Below, piece after piece: positions 40,917 through 50,493 of a stretch of 64,000 bases of DNA. The notes below the pieces were generated by a model that searched no databases, had not been told where the DNA came from, and saw nothing but the letters and a program-made list of their open reading frames with translations. Numbering within the stretch: position 1 is the first letter of the stretch; the number at the start of each line of letters is the position of its first letter. Origin of the DNA: Candidatus Zhuqueibacterota bacterium (GTDB lineage Bacteria; Zhuqueibacterota; Zhuqueibacteria; Thermofontimicrobiales; Thermofontimicrobiaceae); assembly GCA_049322915.1 (NCBI GenBank), contig JBMOPW010000016.1, positions 259,610 through 323,609 of the forward strand, read 5' to 3'. The position numbers and the translations under genes were made by a program.

Positions 40917-42644
40917 TCACGAACCCTGCGCGCAATAGGCAGGGAAATATTCACCCCGCTTGATTTTATTGGTCGGGGTTTTGATGAACGGCTCCGTCTG
41001 CTCGTAGACCTTGTGGACCCGCGATGCCTGTGGCAACTGCTTATTCACCGCTTTTTTCACATCTTCCAATATGGAAGTAATGTCTGCGGCCAGCGCGGAT
41101 TCGTCCTTGCCGGCGATGCGGCTCTGAATATAACCATAATCCGGGTAGACTCTGGCGATCAATTGATTCTGATCCGGGTACACCAGCACTTCTTCCACGA
41201 ACAGCGACTCCATGAATTTGCTCTCGATGATCTCAGGATAGACATTTTCCCCGGATGGCCCGATGATGACATTTTTCGAGCGGCCGGTGATGAACAGGAA
41301 TCCGTCGTCATCCAGGTAGCCGCGATCGCCGGTGATGAACCAGCCGTCGCTCGTGAATACTCTGGCGGTTTCCGCATCATTTTTGAAGTACCCCTTCATG
41401 ACATTGGGACCCTTGACCAGAATTTCACCAATGCCGGTCGCCGGCTCTTTCTCGACGATTTTAATCGAAACGTCGGAAATCGCGTGTCCCACGGAACCGA
41501 TCTTTACTTCTGTCATGGAAGAAAATGTGACGAGGGGCGAGCACTCGCTCAGGCCATAACCCAGCGCGTAGGGGATATTGCCTTCGCGCAGAAAAATCTC
41601 CACCTCGTGACTCAGGCTGGCGCCGCCGATAATGGCGCATTCCAGCCGTCCCCCGAAGGAACGCATTACTTTTTTGCCAATAGCGCGGTACAGCCATTTC
41701 CGCAGTCGGGGCAGGGCAGAAATACTCCGCATGAGCCGGTTGCTGCTCAGGGCCGGAACGACGCGCTTGTGGTAGATTTTTTCAAAGATGAGCGGCACCC
41801 CGCCGATGATGGTGGGCCTGACTTTTTGCATGGCATCGAGAAGGAGTTTTGGCGATGGGCGTTTATCCAGAAAGTAGATGCATGCGCCGCAGTAAATGAT
41901 GGACAGGAAACCGGAGGTCGAGCCGAATGCGTGGGCCATAGGCAGAAATGACAGCACCACGCTGCGGTCATTTATGACGCCGAGTAAATCCGGGCCTTCG
42001 AATAAATTGCTGACCAGATTTTTATTCGTCAGAATCACCCCTTTGGAATGGCCGGTGGTGCCTGATGTGTAAAGGATCTCCGCCACATCGTCCTCGGCGA
42101 TGGTACTGTTGGCGGCGATGTGGCTGGCCGGGAATTCTTTCTCAAACAGCCGGGCAATTTTTTGAGGCGCGTCCTGAATCTGATGCCACACTTTCATCAG
42201 AGGCGGTGCGTCGGAAAGCAGCGTCAGGTCATCCAGATTCAGGACGATCTTGTTTTTGCCGAGCGAAGGGAGCGTCAGATCCTGGTGCAGATTGCCAGCG
42301 ATAAAAATCGCTTTCACTTCGGCGTGTCGGATGATATGATCAATATCGGATTCAGGAAAATCTTCGAGAATGGGAACAGCCACGGCGCCCATGGTCATGA
42401 TCGCCATGAATGCAGTCGCCCAGTTGGTAGAGGAACGTCCCAGGATGGCGATGCGGTTGCCTTCGCGTATGCCCAGATCGCGAAGACGCTGCTTCAGCAA
42501 ATCGACGCGCTGGCCGAACTGGTGATACGTGATGGGCTCCTGACCGATGAGCGCGAGCGCCGGCCGGTCGCTGTACTTTTCGATCACTTTTTGGAAGAAT
42601 TCATCCAGGGTGTATTTTGTCAGACCAAATTTCATACGCAGCAT
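40917..42644 (-). CDS. AMP-binding protein / long-chain acyl-CoA synthetase
   Basis: YTSGTTGHSKG, GYGLSE, GWFITGD, GENVYPE, KTPTNKIKR. Confidence 0.88.
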   Translation of the reverse strand: MLRMKFGLTKYTLDEFFQKVIEKYSDRPALALIGQEPITYHQFGQRVDLLKQRLRDLGIREGNRIAILGRSSTNWATAFMAIMTMGAVAVPILEDFPESDIDHIIRHAEVKAIFIAGNLHQDLTLPSLGKNKIVLNLDDLTLLSDAPPLMKVWHQIQDAPQKIARLFEKEFPASHIAANSTIAEDDVAEILYTSGTTGHSKGVILTNKNLVSNLFEGPDLLGVINDRSVVLSFLPMAHAFGSTSGFLSIIYCGACIYFLDKRPSPKLLLDAMQKVRPTIIGGVPLIFEKIYHKRVVPALSSNRLMRSISALPRLRKWLYRAIGKKVMRSFGGRLECAIIGGASLSHEVEIFLREGNIPYALGYGLSECSPLVTFSSMTEVKIGSVGHAISDVSIKIVEKEPATGIGEILVKGPNVMKGYFKNDAETARVFTSDGWFITGDRGYLDDDGFLFITGRSKNVIIGPSGENVYPEIIESKFMESLFVEEVLVYPDQNQLIARVYPDYGYIQSRIAGKDESALAADITSILEDVKKAVNKQLPQASRVHKVYEQTEPFIKTPTNKIKRGEYFPAYCAQGS

Positions 42645-42841
42645 TCCTCATGATATCCGATTGTCACCGATGTGAGTGTCCGTTTTATCTTCATCAAAAA
42701 TCATCAAAATGGATGTGGAAAAGATGCGCCTGCCAGATCTTTTGTGGGCGATTGCAGCGCGTCACCCAAAGCAAAAAGAGCGCTGGCGAAAACGGCCCGG
42801 CAGCCAATCAGGATGGCCGTCGCCTATCCGGCGATGCTTTG

Positions 42842-43339
42842 CTACAGCAGCGTCTGTTCCAGTTCCAATTGCGCTTTGATGGGCAATTTTCGGTAATCGC
42901 TGATTTGAAAGCGGCATCTTTCGATGTCAGTGATGGAGATAAATCCGTTATCGCGAATGATGATGTTCTCTTTTATGTCCCGAACCAGAAATGTCCTGTC
43001 GCCTTTCTCCGTGACAACATCCCACTGATCCACGCCGTACTGGGAGGTGATTTTATTGATGTCAAGAATTTCCGGGCTGAAATAGCGGAATACGATCTCC
43101 TCACGAACGAACACCTGCTGATCGTTCGGCAGCGAATTCAAATCCGCGATGAAACCCAGTTCCTTCACCTGACCGTCCTCGCGGTGCGTCACGGAAATGA
43201 AACGTTCCGGCTGCGATAGTGGAAACAGCGGTGTGCATTCGACAGAATCAAAGACCTGGCCGTCGTGCGTCTTCAATTTTAGAAATCCGTTTTCTGACCG
43301 GCTGAAGCTGAGTTCTGCCGGATTCAACAGGGTCATCAT
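42842..43339 (-). CDS. DUF1854 domain-containing protein
   Basis: LFPLSQP.RFIS, EE...RYF.P.I..I, W.V.TEKG...F, and position directly after the typical partner ABC transporter. Confidence 0.8.
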   Translation of the reverse strand: MMTLLNPAELSFSRSENGFLKLKTHDGQVFDSVECTPLFPLSQPERFISVTHREDGQVKELGFIADLNSLPNDQQVFVREEIVFRYFSPEILDINKITSQYGVDQWDVVTEKGDRTFLVRDIKENIIIRDNGFISITDIERCRFQISDYRKLPIKAQLELEQTLL

Positions 43340-45571
43340 CTATTCGCTCACAGCTATTATTTTCGAAAGTTCCTGCTGCATGGTCACCTGGTTATAGAAC
43401 ACGCCTTTCTTCTCCATCAGTTCCTCGTGGCTGCCGAACTCCACCAGCTTGCCCTCATCGATGACCAGAATCCGATTGCAATTCCTCAGCGTGGATAGCC
43501 GGTGGGCAATGGCGAGGGTGGTGCGCCCCCTGGTGAGATTCCGAAGCGCTTCCTGAATTTTATTTTCGGTTTCCGTGTCCAGCGACGAGGTCGCTTCATC
43601 GAGAATGAGAATTCGTGGATTGCGGAGTATGGCGCGGGCAATGGCAATGCGCTGTTTTTCGCCGCCGGAGAGTCGGTCGCCGCGCTCGCCCACATCGGTG
43701 TCGTACCCGTCCGGTTTTTTCATGATGAACTCATGGGCATTGGCCGCTTTGGACGCCTGAATCACCTCTTCGATGGTGGCTTCGGGTCGGGCATAGGCGA
43801 TGTTTTCATAGATGGTGCCGATGAATAAAAAAGTCTCCTGCAGCACCACACCGATCTGACTTCTCAAATCCGCATATTTGATATTTTTAATATCCACGCC
43901 ATCAATCAGGATTTTCCCTTTGTTCACGTCGTACAGCCGGCAGACCAGGTTGATGAACGTGCTTTTGCCTGCGCCGCTTTTGCCGACGAGGCCGATTACT
44001 TCGTTGGGGGCGATGTCCACGTTGAAATCGCGAATGACCGGCTTGAATTTGTCGTAGCCAAAGGTCACATCCCTGAATTCGATCCTCCCTTCGAGGTCGG
44101 GTCGGGAGACCGAATCCGGACTGTCCACGATCTGGGCTTCAGTGTCGATCACGTCAAAGACGCGCTCCGCCGCGCTGAGCGCGCTGGTGATCCGTTCCAC
44201 CATGTGGGTGAGAATGAAAATGGGTCGATAGAACATCATCAGATAGCCGGCGTAGGCCACAACGTCTCCAAGCGACATGCGGCCGCCAACGATCAGTTTC
44301 GCCCCGACAAGCCAGACAAGCACGGAGCCGGACATGATGAGCAATTGGAGCGTGGGATAATAAATGCTCCATTTTTTTTCGAGTTCAATGCCGGCGTCGC
44401 GGAATGAACCGCTTTTAGATGCGAATTTTTTGAGTTCCTCTTTTTCCTGGCCGAACGATTTGATGACGCGCATGCCGGCCAGGGAATCGTTCACCGTGGC
44501 GCTCAGCCGGGATCGTCGGTGATAATACCGGCGGAAATAGATGCGAATCTTTGGAAATACTTTATTCAGAAAAAGCACCGTGGCGACAATCGGAATGATG
44601 ACGAACAGCGTGAGCTGCCAGCTCAGAATGGAGAGAAACACCCCCACGCCGAGGAGGATGAACAGACTTTCCAGCGTCAGCGGAATGAAATCGACCAGCA
44701 GATATTGAAGTTCCCGCGTGTCCTGATTCACCCGCGCCATAATAGACCCGGTCTGATGCTTGTCAAAATAGGAGAGAGATAGTTCCTGTAGTTTCGAGTA
44801 AATCGTGGCGCGCACATCGTATACCGTGCGATGGCCCATGTAGGCGGACAGCCGCATGTGCAGACTGCTGAAAAAATTCTGCACCGCGTAGGCGATGAAC
44901 AACGCGGCTGCCGCGAAGGGTATCCACCTGGCAAATTCATAGACGCCGGTGGTTGCATTGGGTTTTAAAATGACATCGATGAACAGCTTGCTGACGTAGG
45001 GCGTGATCAGTCCAAAGCAGGTCCCGCTGATGAGGGTCAGGAAGATCAGGAACAGCAATCTGAGATGCGGCTTTGTGAACGCGAGGATCCGGCGAAACGT
45101 CCTGCTTTTATTGGTGCAGCGGGGACATTTATTCAGGTCCTCCGGGATCGGCATTTTGCAGGTGGGACAATATTTTTGCTCCCCTTCCGGTCGGGCAAAT
45201 TCGTCGGGGATGTGATTGTTGATCAGTCCCTTGATCTTATCCACGGCCCAGGCAAAATCGCTGTTTCTGGCATTGGAGAATGAAATGAGCCGGTGCAGCG
45301 ACTTTCCCTTTTCAATTTCAATGAACCCGCTGCCGGTGAGATTGGTCATCTCGATCTTTGAAATGTCAGCCAGATTGTGCCGCGAGCGAACATCCGCAGC
45401 CCCGTCATTCACTGCCAGCACGAGCAGGCTTTTATCAGTAGCCACCAGCCATTCTTCACCGAAACGCAGTCGGCTCGTGATATCCGAAACAGCGCTTATC
45501 ATGATGGTTTCTTGAGAAAGAGACTGGCGAAGTTGGGCAGCGATAGAATCCGGTAGTGTGAAATTGTCCAT
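43340..45571 (-). CDS. ABC exporter (TMD+NBD) with N-terminal extension and Zn-ribbon
   Basis: CPTC..CPRC, TM domain, GKSGAGKS, LSGGEKQR, LDEATSSLD; start reassigned to ATG 45571. Confidence 0.9.
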   Translation of the reverse strand: MDNFTLPDSIAAQLRQSLSQETIMISAVSDITSRLRFGEEWLVATDKSLLVLAVNDGAADVRSRHNLADISKIEMTNLTGSGFIEIEKGKSLHRLISFSNARNSDFAWAVDKIKGLINNHIPDEFARPEGEQKYCPTCKMPIPEDLNKCPRCTNKSRTFRRILAFTKPHLRLLFLIFLTLISGTCFGLITPYVSKLFIDVILKPNATTGVYEFARWIPFAAAALFIAYAVQNFFSSLHMRLSAYMGHRTVYDVRATIYSKLQELSLSYFDKHQTGSIMARVNQDTRELQYLLVDFIPLTLESLFILLGVGVFLSILSWQLTLFVIIPIVATVLFLNKVFPKIRIYFRRYYHRRSRLSATVNDSLAGMRVIKSFGQEKEELKKFASKSGSFRDAGIELEKKWSIYYPTLQLLIMSGSVLVWLVGAKLIVGGRMSLGDVVAYAGYLMMFYRPIFILTHMVERITSALSAAERVFDVIDTEAQIVDSPDSVSRPDLEGRIEFRDVTFGYDKFKPVIRDFNVDIAPNEVIGLVGKSGAGKSTFINLVCRLYDVNKGKILIDGVDIKNIKYADLRSQIGVVLQETFLFIGTIYENIAYARPEATIEEVIQASKAANAHEFIMKKPDGYDTDVGERGDRLSGGEKQRIAIARAILRNPRILILDEATSSLDTETENKIQEALRNLTRGRTTLAIAHRLSTLRNCNRILVIDEGKLVEFGSHEELMEKKGVFYNQVTMQQELSKIIAVSE

Positions 45572-45834
45572 GAATATTTTTTTGAGGATCGATGATTCAA
45601 AATGACGGACCAGCGCGAACAACCCGGGAAAGGATACTCGAAGCAATTAAGTATTCCTGAGAATGCTGGCGGAAAATTTTGAACTTAATGTAAAATTTTT
45701 CCATCACAATATCAATAGAAAAATGAAGAAATATTTGCAGCAGAAAAGGCAGTTACTGTCCACTGGATGGAGAAAGTCACCTGAAAGGGGAGTTGCTCAA
45801 AGTGGGTTTCCAGGCGAATCCCCGGGCGCGCCTG

Positions 45835-46290
45835 TCAAAACAGATAAATTCGGATGCCCAGCGCGGCGTCGATTTCAAATTCCGTATCCGGCATGATATT
45901 CAGTTTGGGCGCCAGTTCCACGAACAGATCGCAGGGTAAATTTCGGAAGAGATAATCCAGGCCGATGGGAAAACGCGCGCTCACCATTGCATCATCGCCG
46001 AAAGTCACGCTGCCCCCGATGCCGAAATACAGAGGCATTCTCCCTTGCCGCGGTCGGAACAGGCCGAAGCTGTGGAATAGATAATCCATGTGAATCTGCA
46101 ATTTGTCTTCTGTGGCGGACCAGGCCAGCGCAGCGTCCACGGCATGGGTGCGGCTATGCCAGGATTTGAGGGACAATCCGGTCGGATCACCGATGATAAC
46201 TCCCAGTCCGACGCCGGAGTACTGAGCTTCGGCGGTAGCCACTGTAAGCGCAATGCATGTCATGATCAAAAATATTTTCCGCATCAACAA
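45835..46290 (-). CDS. Small outer-membrane beta-barrel protein
   Basis: Signal peptide, GLGVIIGDPTGLSLK, alternating beta strands, C-terminal Phe. Confidence 0.7.
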   Translation of the reverse strand: MLMRKIFLIMTCIALTVATAEAQYSGVGLGVIIGDPTGLSLKSWHSRTHAVDAALAWSATEDKLQIHMDYLFHSFGLFRPRQGRMPLYFGIGGSVTFGDDAMVSARFPIGLDYLFRNLPCDLFVELAPKLNIMPDTEFEIDAALGIRIYLF

Positions 46291-46323
46291 CCTCCCTGAT
46301 TATTGATGTTATCGTCATTTTAT

Positions 46324-47604
46324 TCAATTTCTGTATTTGCGAATTAATGTCTCTACATAGCGGGATTTTATCTGCTGGCTGGCCAGGGCCTGTTTGATGG
46401 GCGGCAGCCTGAGGATGACTCCGAGCAGCGCAGCCATGGCGCGATGGCTCCACAGAAGGCGATTATCGAAAATTAAATGGTGCAGTTTCCCCCGTTCAAT
46501 GGCCATCATCACCACGCGATGGGTGGAGTCCAGCGGCGTGATAACCCGCTCCGGTCGCGATTCCAATCGGAGACTTTCATTGCGGCAGACTCTGACGCAG
46601 ACGCCGCAGCCTAAACAGATGGCCTCATTCACTTTGGCGATCTTTCGCTTGGGCGCGTGGGGATCATTGGCCGAGACCAGCGTCATGGCCTCCACCGGGC
46701 AGACGTTCACGCACAGACTGCATCCAATGCATTTCTCCACATCGATTTTTGGGATGAAGTTGGTGGTATGGACCGGATTCAGGATGCCAAACTTTCGGGC
46801 AGCGATCATGGCTTCGCAGCAACACCCGCAGCAATTGCAGATGAAATTGACGGACTCCCGCACATTCTCGCCGAACTGCACCAGGTTGTGTTCGTAGGCC
46901 TGCTGCAGCAAATCCAATCCCTCGGCGACGTCCACGCGCCGGGCAACCCCGTGTTTGATCAGCGACTGAGCCGAGTTATTGAACGTCATGCAGATGTCCA
47001 TGGGCGCAGCGCAGGCTTTGCCAACATGTTCCATCTTGTGCCGGCAATAGCATATCCCAACGCCCATGTGGGAGGCGGATTGAATCACATGGCTGGCGCG
47101 CTCGTAATCCAGCACGTAAAGATGCTCGTCATTCGGCAAAGCCGGCTCGTTGACAAAGGCACGGCCCAACTGCGTCTCCCCGTCGGTGAACAGGTTCTTT
47201 ATGAATTGCTCTTCCACATTGCAATATTGGTAGAACAGTTCTCCCAGAATTTTTTGGTCGACATCGCCGCGCAGCCGCATCATGGAAAATTCGAAAAAAC
47301 CAGCCATGGGCGGCGGCAACGTGTAAATCGATTGGCCATTGTCTTCCATGTCCAACAGAATGGCGCGGTCGGAGAGTTGATCCAGCAGCGTTTGCGTGCG
47401 GGTCAGATCCAATTTCCAGACCTTGCTGGCTTTCTCAGCGGTAAATGGCTTGATGGGAAGCTGCGAGACCAGTTCCGCTTCCCGCTCCGAAAACAACAGT
47501 GCCAGAATTTTGTACAACAGGTCGCTGACATACGCGCCCTGCGGAAACCGATTGAGTCGTTCAACAAGACTGCTGTAGCCTGATTTCACAGTATGATGAG
47601 CCAT
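46324..47604 (-). CDS. Multi-cluster Fe-S protein (4Fe-4S dicluster domain), paralog A
   Basis: CYCRH, ICNCCGCCCE, CIGCSLCVNVCP, CLGCGVCVRVC. Confidence 0.85.
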   Translation of the reverse strand: MAHHTVKSGYSSLVERLNRFPQGAYVSDLLYKILALLFSEREAELVSQLPIKPFTAEKASKVWKLDLTRTQTLLDQLSDRAILLDMEDNGQSIYTLPPPMAGFFEFSMMRLRGDVDQKILGELFYQYCNVEEQFIKNLFTDGETQLGRAFVNEPALPNDEHLYVLDYERASHVIQSASHMGVGICYCRHKMEHVGKACAAPMDICMTFNNSAQSLIKHGVARRVDVAEGLDLLQQAYEHNLVQFGENVRESVNFICNCCGCCCEAMIAARKFGILNPVHTTNFIPKIDVEKCIGCSLCVNVCPVEAMTLVSANDPHAPKRKIAKVNEAICLGCGVCVRVCRNESLRLESRPERVITPLDSTHRVVMMAIERGKLHHLIFDNRLLWSHRAMAALLGVILRLPPIKQALASQQIKSRYVETLIRKYRN

Positions 47605-47710
47605 TCAATCCTCCTGGTGTGCGTTGAGTTGCTGACATGGCTGCGTCCCGGCCATACGTCAGGCGGAGCGCCCGGGATCGGGCTGGGGACTCCCCTGTGG
47701 CATTCGAAAA

Positions 47711-48931
47711 TCACGCCTGTCGTTGCTCATTATTCGATTGTTTGCTCTTTTTAAAAGGACTTTTGAAAACCGAAGTGATCTGCTTTTTCGCCAGGTGAAT
47801 GATGTAAGGTCGCATCCGGCCTTTCTCCCGTAAAATAGCTTGAAACATGCGTCGCTTGGTTTTGGGCGGCGCGACGTAGTTGGTGCGCGGGACGAGGGAG
47901 ATAGCTCCCCGGGAACACGCTGAGATGCAGGCGCCACAGCCGAGGCATACCTGGTTGTTCACCGCGCTCACCCGTCGCGAATTCGGTGCGGATTTATCCC
48001 TGGCAATGGCGCTGACATTGCAGGCGGTGAAGCATTCGCCGCAGTAATCGCATTTCTCAGGATCGATGACGGCGATGTAACTGGATTTGGCCACGCCATC
48101 GTAGTAGCCCAGTTTCACCCCGGCCATGATTTCGCAGCAGCAGCCGCAGCAGTTGCAGATGAACGTGGGCCGATTTCGGATATTGTCCGTGATGTGGGTG
48201 AGATGAAGCGCGTGCGCCATGTCGATGATAGCCAGTAATTCCTCTTTCGTCTTCTCCACGGCGAAACCGCGCCGCGTCAGGAATCGGGCGCCGTTATTGA
48301 ACGAAATGCAGGTGCCTTCCACCGGCACGCCCTTTTTGCACGATTTGCCTTCATGCTCCCGCTTGTGCCGGCAATAGCACATGCCTGCAGCTCCGAATTC
48401 CGAGCGCATCACAATGTCACGAGCGCTCTCGTAGGAGACAATCTCGCTGCTGACCGGGATGTGCTCTTCATAAACCAGGGAACGAGTCAATTGGGTCTTG
48501 CTGCCGAAGAATTCCTTTGCCTGGCCATGTTCCGGATCATGATGAAAATACTCGGTCATCAGCCGTGCCAGTTTATCCAGGGGCAGGTCCGTTCGATTCT
48601 TCATAAAGGTGAATTCGATGAAGCCAATCACCCCGGGCATGAGCAGGTAATAGATCTCATCCCCGTAAGGCATATCGAAGATCAGACCCTTGTCGGCCAT
48701 GGTGTTGAGAACCGGCAGCAGTTCGGCCTCGTTCATTTTTGTCGCCCTGGTTAATTCAGAAATGGTGGCTTCCATGAGCGGGAATTTCGATGCGACAAAG
48801 GCCTCTGTTTCAGAGAAAAGCAGCGATAAAATTTCCCGCAGAATCTCATTGTCCACGAGACCGATGGGGTATTTATTCAGCCGGTCGATGAGCGGAACCA
48901 GCGATTTTTTCGAATGCTCAATGTGACCCAT
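47711..48931 (-). CDS. Multi-cluster Fe-S protein (4Fe-4S dicluster domain), paralog B
   Basis: CYCRH, ICNCCGCCCE, CDYCGECFTAC, CLGCGACISAC; start reassigned to ATG 48931. Confidence 0.85.
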   Translation of the reverse strand: MGHIEHSKKSLVPLIDRLNKYPIGLVDNEILREILSLLFSETEAFVASKFPLMEATISELTRATKMNEAELLPVLNTMADKGLIFDMPYGDEIYYLLMPGVIGFIEFTFMKNRTDLPLDKLARLMTEYFHHDPEHGQAKEFFGSKTQLTRSLVYEEHIPVSSEIVSYESARDIVMRSEFGAAGMCYCRHKREHEGKSCKKGVPVEGTCISFNNGARFLTRRGFAVEKTKEELLAIIDMAHALHLTHITDNIRNRPTFICNCCGCCCEIMAGVKLGYYDGVAKSSYIAVIDPEKCDYCGECFTACNVSAIARDKSAPNSRRVSAVNNQVCLGCGACISACSRGAISLVPRTNYVAPPKTKRRMFQAILREKGRMRPYIIHLAKKQITSVFKSPFKKSKQSNNEQRQA

Positions 48932-49098
48932 AGTTTTCCTGTCAGAATGTGAGGCGTGCTCATCCGATGAGATGTCCGCCCGGAACATTTCAGATGCTTC
49001 ACCCTCGGTTCAACGACGATCCACGAAGAGAGTGCGGATATTCATGGAGTGGTGATTAACGTCAGTGAAAAAAACCGCGAACAGGCGTTCATAGCAAA

Positions 49099-50016
49099 TC
49101 ACTCCAGACCCTGTTGGGCCGTGTCTTTCGCTCCCCATACTGAACTCGCAGTCCCGATTTCACGTTTATTCTCAAATTGAAAGGTGGTTGCTGATTTACC
49201 ATCCGGCGCGACAAGGATGCGCGATAGGTGTTTGAACAGCACGAACGCCAGGATACCGCACAGGAGGAGAATGGCCGCGTAGAGGAAATTATTCCCGATC
49301 AACTCCCGCGTCGTGATGAATTGAGTCTCATCCACGTCGAATAAAAATCGCGCAAAATAGCCGGCGACGTTGGCAATGAAATGGATGAACATGCACGGCA
49401 GCAATGATTTTGTGTGCACGTACACATAACCGATGAGCAATCCCAGGCTGAACGCGACGATGAATTGCCACGGATTCAAATGCGCCAGGGCGAAGAACAG
49501 GCTGGAGAAGACGATTGATTTTCGCGCGGAATAGTTTCGCAAAAATCCGTCGAGCATGATGCCGCGGAATAGAAATTCTTCCAACAATGGCGCGGCAATT
49601 ACCATCAGCACAAAAGTGGGATAGCTTCGATCTGCCAATAATTTGAGAAAAAGCTGCATCATAAAATCCGGCATGGGAATGAGATCGGTGATCGGGTCCA
49701 GGAGCGCAACGATGGTCAGGGTGAGCCCGATCAGCAGGGGATAGATGGCGCGTTTTCCCGCTGAGAAAGAAAAACGCGCAGTCGCGCCGGACTTCATTCT
49801 CCTAAAAAGCAGCCCCACGAAAATGGCGCCTGAGAATGAAATCGAATAGGTAATGAGCATGTTCATTGATTCGCTCAAGACGCGCGCCAGGGTGAAAGAC
49901 GCGATCAATGCGGCGACCGTGGTGATGATGAAAAAGATGGCGAGCAGAATCAACGCATGAAATAGTGTGGGGTAATGGGTATGTTTTGTCTCAGATGGCA
50001 TATCATTATCATTCAC
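49099..50016 (-). CDS. CPBP (Abi/CAAX) family intramembrane glutamic endopeptidase
   Basis: EEFLFRG, FALAH, H...N motifs; multiple TM helices. Confidence 0.9.
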   Translation of the reverse strand: MNDNDMPSETKHTHYPTLFHALILLAIFFIITTVAALIASFTLARVLSESMNMLITYSISFSGAIFVGLLFRRMKSGATARFSFSAGKRAIYPLLIGLTLTIVALLDPITDLIPMPDFMMQLFLKLLADRSYPTFVLMVIAAPLLEEFLFRGIMLDGFLRNYSARKSIVFSSLFFALAHLNPWQFIVAFSLGLLIGYVYVHTKSLLPCMFIHFIANVAGYFARFLFDVDETQFITTRELIGNNFLYAAILLLCGILAFVLFKHLSRILVAPDGKSATTFQFENKREIGTASSVWGAKDTAQQGLE

Positions 50017-50111
50017 TTTGAGGGATAGTTATGAATCAAAGAATTGCCGTGATTCCTCGCGGCCCCGGCATTTCGCCAGCCGGATGCGCCGAGTCATTTT
50101 TATGAGTGTTC

Positions 50112-50140
50112 AAAATACAAAGATTTCACAAAAATGTCAA
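50112..50140 (-). promoter_or_regulatory. sigma70-type promoter for the CPBP gene
   Basis: TTGACA-N17-TATTTT on the minus strand. Confidence 0.45.
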
Positions 50141-50493
50141 TAACTTTTTATTTAAGCTGAATAAAGTGGGGAGGATTAGAAACCTTTTTCCAGTTTTGCA
50201 TGTCTAATAGTTAGTCTTATTTCGATACCCGTGCCTGAAATTCAAAATAAGCACATTGCCTTTTTTCATGGCAAGGCAATAGGTCGCGGCGACCATGCAA
50301 TGCATCCCGGCGCGGTAATCTCCCTGCAAGATTGTGAATGAGCGACGATCGCCTGTTGTCGCTCTCCCCAGATGAAAATCCAATGCGTCGACTTCGTCAA
50401 TGCAGCTTCATGCATGGATGGGTGCCAGCATGCGAATTGAGCGGAGTCGTCAGCGCGATAATCGTTTCGTACATCGAGGAAGAGAGGATTCGC

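Noticed and set aside
50179..50207. ECF-like promoter GAAACC-N17-GTCTAA upstream of the serine hydrolase
   Set aside because: Short motif ~290 bp from the start with no ECF sigma gene nearby; not supportable.
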